From Cyanophora paradoxa CCMP329 (taxonomy: Eukaryota; Plantae; Glaucophyta): a stretch of 64,000 bases of DNA. The DNA is taken from positions 92,235 to 156,234 of the forward strand of contig QPMI01000182.1 of assembly GCA_004431415.1 (NCBI GenBank), given 5' to 3'. This document shows positions 58,001 to 64,000 of the stretch, piece by piece (the first letter of the stretch is position 1; every line of letters starts with the position of its first letter). Both the position numbers and the translations under genes were made by a program. The notes under the pieces were generated by a model. It had not been told where the DNA came from. It saw only the letters and a list, made by a program, of their open reading frames with translations, and searched no databases.

Positions 58001-60676
58001 ATCGTCACCAGGCCCGTCGCCTGTCAGCCCGGATGGAGCTGCGTGAGGGCCCGCGCGCGCAGGCGCCAACAACGTTGACGCAGGGCGTGCACCTGCTCGG
58101 CGAGCTCGAGGGCGCGCTCGATGGCGCAGTGGACGCCGAGGGGCTCGGCCCACGCGACGATGCTCGCGAAGTCCTCCGCGGGGACCTGGCGAGAGACAGG
58201 AGACGATCATGCATCCGAGTACGAGTGCGGATCCGGACTCCGGGTTCGGATGCGGAGTCGCGCGCGCGGCGGGCAGAATTCGAAGCGCGCCTCTTCCGCC
58301 ATGTTTCGGTAAAACGACGTGTGCCCGTCCATCGTAAGCGTGCGCTGCGGACCGTAGGGTCGGATCGCGCGTGCACGCGCTCCGATCCTCATGATCACGC
58401 TTCGATATCGATTCTCGCGAACGCGCACCGCGAGTCGGCGGAGGACGGCGGGGGAGTGTGGCGTAAGGACAGATTCTTCCACCTCCGTTGTGCCAGAGCG
58501 CAAAAGATACTGCGCAGAGCTCGTGATCAGCAGGCCGGTCGAGCCGGAGGCAGGACCGAAGGCGGGCCGCTGGGGCGCACGTAGCGCTCAACGGGGCTGC
58601 TGTTCGCCTCCTCGCCCTCCGAGACCGAGTGGATGGCAACGACGTCGGCCTTAATAAGCATTGTCAGTGCTGGATACGAATGCGAAGTTGAGGTGCGAAA
58701 CCTTAAAGCAGAAATTTCGCACCTGGAAGAGGTCCCGGATGCGCCCTGCCACGTCGCGGAGAATTTCGCGCAGGCCCAGCTGCCTGCGCCGTTGCGAGAT
58801 TGGCTCGTTCGAATCGCGCAGCAGCGCGATCCGCGGCCGGGCACGGGCCAGAGCGCACGCTCGCATGCCACGGGCGATGTCCCGCAGAAGGGCCTCGCTC
58901 AGGAGCCAGCTCTCCAGCCGCGTCGTCCGATCCGCCAGCTGGAGACTCATTTCAGAGCACAGCAGCGCGAACCGCGATCCAGAGCGAGCAGTATACGTAG
59001 CGGAAGGTCTAGATCTAGACAGCCGTGATTTTTTACCTGGCCCTGCAGCGTCTGCGCCCGCGAAGACAGCTCTTCGAGCGTTGCCCAGGCGACCGCCTGC
59101 GCGTGCGCGTGCGACATGCGAAGTCAAAGTAAGAGAGTCGTCGTCCTGATCAAGCCCTCCCCGGGCCCTCCGGCGATGCGCGCACCCGGGTCGGGTCTTG
59201 CGATTGCTTTCCAGATACGACTAAGGAGAGCTCGACTGCCGGGAAAGTGCATAATGATTAAAATACAGCTTCGCTTCGCTGAGGCGCGAATTTGATCATG
59301 ATCCGAGCCTTGCGATCGGCGCGCGCACTCTCGGCGGCAAGGGAGGCGAGGGCGGTCCGGTCGATAGCGGCGCAGTCGCAGCCGAGGTCCTCGAGGACGC
59401 GGAGGAGGCCCTCCATCGGCCCCGCCCCCGCCACCGCGTCCCTGCCCCCACGGGCACCGGCCCGGTTAACGTTCACATCAGCGACTCTGACAGGGCACGA
59501 CGGGGCCGGGGGCCGAGAGCTTCGGACCGTAGGGAGGGGCGCTTGCGCGGCTTCGGGGCCCCCGGCCACGCCACCGGCGAAGTCGACGCCGAATCGCGAG
59601 GGGCGGGCTCCGAGGCCCACACGAGCGCAAGCGACATGCCAACTGCACGCGCACGGCGCGAAAGCGTCAGTTGGGGTGCACTCGCGAGTCGACGCGCGCG
59701 CGAAACTGCGCATGCGCGCGCACCGCAGTCTCCGACGGCTCCGAGGACGGCGCGATTCTCTGCAGTGAAGGGCCGGCCGGGAGCGCGCGAGTGGACGGCG
59801 ACGAGGGCCCACGGCTGCGGCAGAAAGTCGAACGTGCGGCGCGAATTCGAAGCCTCAAGCTTTAAGTCAAATATATGTATATATAGCTACTCACCGTGCC
59901 GAAGGCGGAGCACAGGCGCCAGATGCAGGGCCCGGCGCCCACCTTCTCTGCGATGCTCGCCGCGCGCCCCGGCTCGAGCTCTCGGCCCGCGAGCGCCGCT
60001 CCTCCGTCGGGCACTTCGTAGATCGGATCGCGCTCGGAAAGGTTCGCCAGGGCCAGCTGCACCAGCTCTTCCGGATACTCGTCGCTGCGATGCCGCGCGA
60101 GGGGGCAGATGAGCAGCGCCGATCGCGACACAATGCGAAGTCGAGGAGGGCCTCGCTTTCGTACGCGTGTGATATGCGTACCAAATGACGTGCGGATCCG
60201 GAGATCTCGAGCCCGCGGTGGCGACGTGGGCGCCAATGCCCACTTCAGCGGGATCGCAGTGCGGCGCCGGCGTAAGGTGCACGACGAAGGCGCTGTCTGC
60301 GTTCAGAGTCTCTTTCAGCAGCTCCGCCATCAGCCCGAGCTTGCATCTGAGGGCCGCAAGTTGCGCCAGCCGCGCGAATCAAAACTGTGATGCGCCGAGC
60401 CGGCGGCGCGGCCCGATTTTGCGCAAAAACGATCATTTATTGTCAATAAAGAGTAATTCCGGCGTCGTTCTTCCCCGTCCGGCATCGGGCGCACCCGAAC
60501 GACGGCGCGCCCTGCTCCTCGCCGAATGCAACCTGCGCCTCTCCCTGCCACCCCGCGCTCGGCGCTTTGTACTTGTGCATCGCGACGTTGCAGACTGTTG
60601 AAGAGAGACCGAGAAGCGCCGAGGCTCTTCGGGCGGCGTGGCGCGCGGCGCCGTTAACGTTGACGCCCGACTCCAT
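52060..60676 (-). CDS. Hybrid sensor histidine kinase: several GAF-like domains, HisKA, HATPase_c, C-terminal receiver
   Basis: H-box ITHEMRTPMQAVIG; N-box RQVAINLVG; GISEADQRRLFKFFTQLD; STFSFTF; receiver LRILFSED...DIMMPRMDG...AGFDAFLA.KPV. GAF-like segments LLREAYGADVV, LGVRSML and ELALFEDA..VVGVALAHA. More than 25 exons. Confidence 0.9.
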
Positions 60677-61974
60677 CTTCGCGCTGCGAATTCGAAGCCG
60701 TGCGCGCGATGCTTAAAGAGAAAGGCCCGGCTCCGGAATCCGGCGCGCCGGGCGGGACAGCACCGACGAGAAATTCAACCGGCCGCTCTCTCTCGGTACC
60801 CCAGTGCTTGAGGAGCTTGAGTCGATCTAGGCCTCCAACCCTGTACGAGAGTCGACGTCTAGCTCGAGCTCCTCTAGATCTATGCTAGCTTAGCTAGCTT
60901 GCGAGCTCGATCCTCTATATAGCTACCGCTCATCTCCTCTATATTATGATTATTTCTTCTATTTTTTTAGGTCTTCGAATTCCTCCTCTTCTAGATCTCC
61001 TGCATGCATATGTGAGTCCAGCTAGCCTAGTAGCGCTAGCTAGCGCTCGAGCCCCTCCTCTAGCTCTAGCTAGCGCTAGCTCATTTCGCATGCATTATAT
61101 ATATGGACCTAGGCCTGCCAGCTCATGCCGGTATATATATAATAAAGCGAGCTAGCTTCATGCACTGCGGCATGTATACGTATACGTACAGCATGCAGCG
61201 CTTGCGAGATCTGACTTTGCACCGTACAGCCGTGGCCATGGCACATTTCCATCGGACCTGATCCGCGGGGCCGATGATAATGATCGGTAAATAGCAGGCG
61301 TGGTCGTGCCGCTCGTGCGCCGGCGCCACCGATCGCGAGCTCGAGCAGCACGGTCAGGGCGAAGGTACGGTCCGCCGGGTCCGGTCCGTCGCGCGGCGCT
61401 TAGAATATATAAATGCGCGATTTTAGAATGCTCGAGCAGCCAGAGACACTGAGAGTCAAGCTCCGATCGCGATGCTCTCTCATCTCATAGTTGATAATAT
61501 TCTAAGGCCGCTAGCTGACGTCGCGCCCCGGCCCGCGCGGGCCGCGCCGCCGCAGGCCCTGAGGCCGGGCAGCAGGCCCGGCCGCCCGGGCTCCCTTCTG
61601 CGGGCCCCCCTCCTCATGCCATGATGTGATCATGATCTGGACTCAGGAGGTCTCCCACCGCCTCGCGTACTAGTAACACACTGATGATGACGAAATCGTC
61701 ATTCTTACTACTGTAAGTTACTACGGTTAGTATTAAATTAAAGTGACTGTCACAGTGTCGAGTCACTACTACTCACTAGCAGTGTAGCACTAGTACTGTC
61801 GACGTTGAACCGTAACTTGCACATTGAACGTTAACGTACGGTCGCCGACTCGCCGTTAACGTTGCCGTTGCAGTCTTGCAAATTGCAATTTGCAAGTTGC
61901 AACTCTTTTTTTTTAGAGTTGCAAGTTGCAACTTGCAACTCTTGCATTTGCAAGTTTTTTGCGGCCCTAATTTT

Positions 61975-62260
61975 ATAATATTCCATCCCAAACTTAGCCG
62001 GGCCTATCGGAGCAGATTGTTTTCCCGAGGTTTATACCCGATTCACTCCAATAATATTCCATCCATATCTTAATTAGCCGGGCCTATCAGAGCAGACTGT
62101 TTTTCCAAGGTCTACCCGAGTGGTAGGCGACTCTAAGGCGAGTACGTATGAAGAAAAAAGCCTCCCATAAAAAAACGCGAAAATAAGCGAGCCAATGCCG
62201 GAGCCATGGTCGGTTTAATTTGTACCCGGTAAAGTTAGTCCTCGGTTCGAATCCGGAGAC
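61975..62260. repeat. Probable transposon remnant: ~75-bp tandem duplication plus a B-box-like GGTTCGAATCC
   Basis: ATAATATTCCATCC...TTAGCCGGGCCTATC.GAGCAGA.TGTTTT at ~61975 and ~62050; B box at ~62245. Confidence 0.5.
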
Positions 62261-62772
62261 GGACCGGACCCGCTGCAATTGTGCAGAGGCCTCAGCGGCA
62301 TTGGCGGGCGCGCGGCGCGGGGCCCCGGCAGCAACAGCAACGCTTAGCTAGCAAGCTTCGAATCCCTTCCATGCAGGATATCGATCATGCAGGCGTCGAT
62401 GCACGATGAGCAGCGCGCTAGCAGCCCTGGCAGTGAGCAGTAAGCACCCCCGGGCCCGGACCCGCGGAACTAGCTAGGTTGCATCGGGACGCCTAGCCGC
62501 CCTCCGCAGCTTGCCGCGCGCGCGGCACGCCCGGGCCGGCCTTTAAAGAGCTTAGATCAACGTTGGCGTTACCGCTTCTTTCCTCGCGAGGCAGTCAGCG
62601 CCCCTCAGCTGCAGCGCCTTCCCCAGCGGCTATCCCTGAAACGCCGCGCCGATGGTAGCGGAGCTCGCGGAGAGCTCTAGATCTGGAAGTTGACCGCCGC
62701 GCTGGTGCGGCACCACTGGCCCGCACCTCGGTAGCTCTGCAGCGCTAGCGAGCCGTAGGTGCGCTAGAAGCG

Positions 62773-64000
62773 ATGGGCCCTGTGCGCGTCGCGCCCGTCG
62801 CGGCGGATCCGTCTTCGGAACCCGCGACGGGGCCGGAGGCGCGGCATTCAGCTGGGGCGGTGCCGTTGCCGCGGCCTGGGCCATCGGGGGCCGTGCTGGC
62901 GTCCGAGGTGCTGAGCCTCGATGGCGCAATCGATGGCGCAACGGTGGAGCAGCGCCCCGCGGTGCTCCGGTCGCCCGGGCGGCTGCCGCCAGTGGTCTCG
63001 CGGGCCCACGAGCTCGAGCACCCGCCCCACGTGCACCCGGGCGCGACGGGACCCGCGGAGGAAGACCTGCCTCCGATTCGCGTGCTCTCCATCGGTGCGC
63101 CCCCGCGCGCCCGACCCGAGCCGGTCCGCGCTGACCCGAGCCGGCACGCGCACGCGCGCAGACGGCGGGGCAGGTTCGAGCCCAAACGCCCCCGCCAGCC
63201 CGCGCTCGCGCCGCGCTGGTCCCGCTCTGACGCCCCTCGGGCAGCGGAGGGTCTTGCAGCAGCCAAAATACTGCAGTGCGCCCCGCCCGCCTCCCCGCCC
63301 CGCCCCGCCCCGCCCCGCACCCGCGTTAAGCGCGCCCCCTCCCCGCAGGCACGTAGCGGCTCAAAGCGGCCGGGTACGACCCTCCTCGCTTGCAGGGCGA
63401 CCCTCCCCCGCCCCGCCGCTCACCGCTCGCCCCCCCTCCCCCACCCCCCGCAGGCCGTCCACGAGCTGTTCGACGTCGTGACAGGTCGGAGTCGCCGCAA
63501 TGCCGGTCCCGCGGGCCGGGGGGCGGGGCTGAGCTGGGGCGCGCGCAGGGACTGGCATGGGATCGCTGGTCGTGTGCGTCGTGTTCGGAATCCGCCCCGA
63601 CGGGCGCCCCCTCGTCCCCGCCGCCCACCTCGTCTCCACCCTCCTCACCAGGCGCCCCCGCCCCCCGCCCCGCCGCCCCCGCCTCCCTCTGACCCCGCCC
63701 CGCAGCCTGCCCCTCGTCTTCTCCAAGAAGAAGCGGTACCTTCCCCCCCGCGCCTGCCTTGGCGCCCCCGTCTCTCGCCGACAGGACGCGTCATCACAGG
63801 GCACCCGCTGCGCTCTCCGGCGCGGCGCCCGCGGCGCCACGCTTCAACGAGGCGCGCCCCCCGTACCCCCCGCGCCGTCCCCTCCGATACCCCCCCAGGG
63901 CCCGCTGGAGGGGGTACTGCGGGAGGCGGTGGGGGACCTGCGGCTCAGCGACCTCGGCGCCTTCGTGCGCATCTTCCACCCTCCTCTACCCCCCTCCTCT
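62773..64000 (+). CDS. Patatin-like phospholipase-domain protein, 5' part (GxGxG type)
   Basis: Spliced reading IRVLSI-DGGA-AEGLAAAKILQ...VHELFDVVT-GTGMGSLV; continues past the window edge. Confidence 0.8.
   Translation, partial: MGPVRVAPVAADPSSEPATGPEARHSAGAVPLPRPGPSGAVLASEVLSLDGAIDGATVEQRPAVLRSPGRLPPVVSRAHELEHPPHVHPGATGPAEEDLPPIRVLSIGAPPRARPEPVRADPSRHAHARRRRGRFEPKRPRQPALAPRWSRSDAPRAAEGLAAAKILQCAPPASPPRPAPPRTRVKRAPSPQARSGSKRPGTTLLACRATLPRPAAHRSPPLPHPPQAVHELFDVVTGRSRRNAGPAGRGAGLSWGARRDWHGIAGRVRRVRNPPRRAPPRPRRPPRLHPPHQAPPPPAPPPPPPSDPAPQPAPRLLQEEAVPSPPRLPWRPRLSPTGRVITGHPLRSPARRPRRHASTRRAPRTPRAVPSDTPPGPAGGGTAGGGGGPAAQRPRRLRAHLPPSSTPLL

Overview
GC-rich, intron-dense eukaryotic (protist- or alga-like) genomic DNA. 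The left two-thirds is a nest of mobile elements. It contains: the 5' half of a minus-strand LTR retrotransposon (283-bp LTR, very long frameshifted gag-like ORF with zinc knuckles, no pol inside the window); a 3.9-kb unclassified element (7535-11429); two families of TA-flanked MITEs; a ~1-kb dispersed duplication; a complete 10.4-kb non-coding LTR element with identical LTRs and a 5-bp TSD; and a possible Helitron-like element splitting a (TA)n tract. The 3.9-kb element is bounded by a 16-bp direct repeat, a T9 tract and diverged inverted repeats. It carries a DCL/DUF3223-like+HNH nuclease gene, two orphan genes and a ~390-nt strongly base-paired segment, and is the best candidate for an undescribed system. 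The right third holds host genes: a RING-finger kinase lacking DFG, an F-box/LRR protein, a multi-GAF hybrid histidine kinase and a patatin-like protein lacking the catalytic Ser. Several introns use GC donors. Non-coding DNA is saturated with short perfect palindromes, suggesting a strong template-switch mutational process. All calls were made by eye; exon boundaries are approximate and no database search was run.
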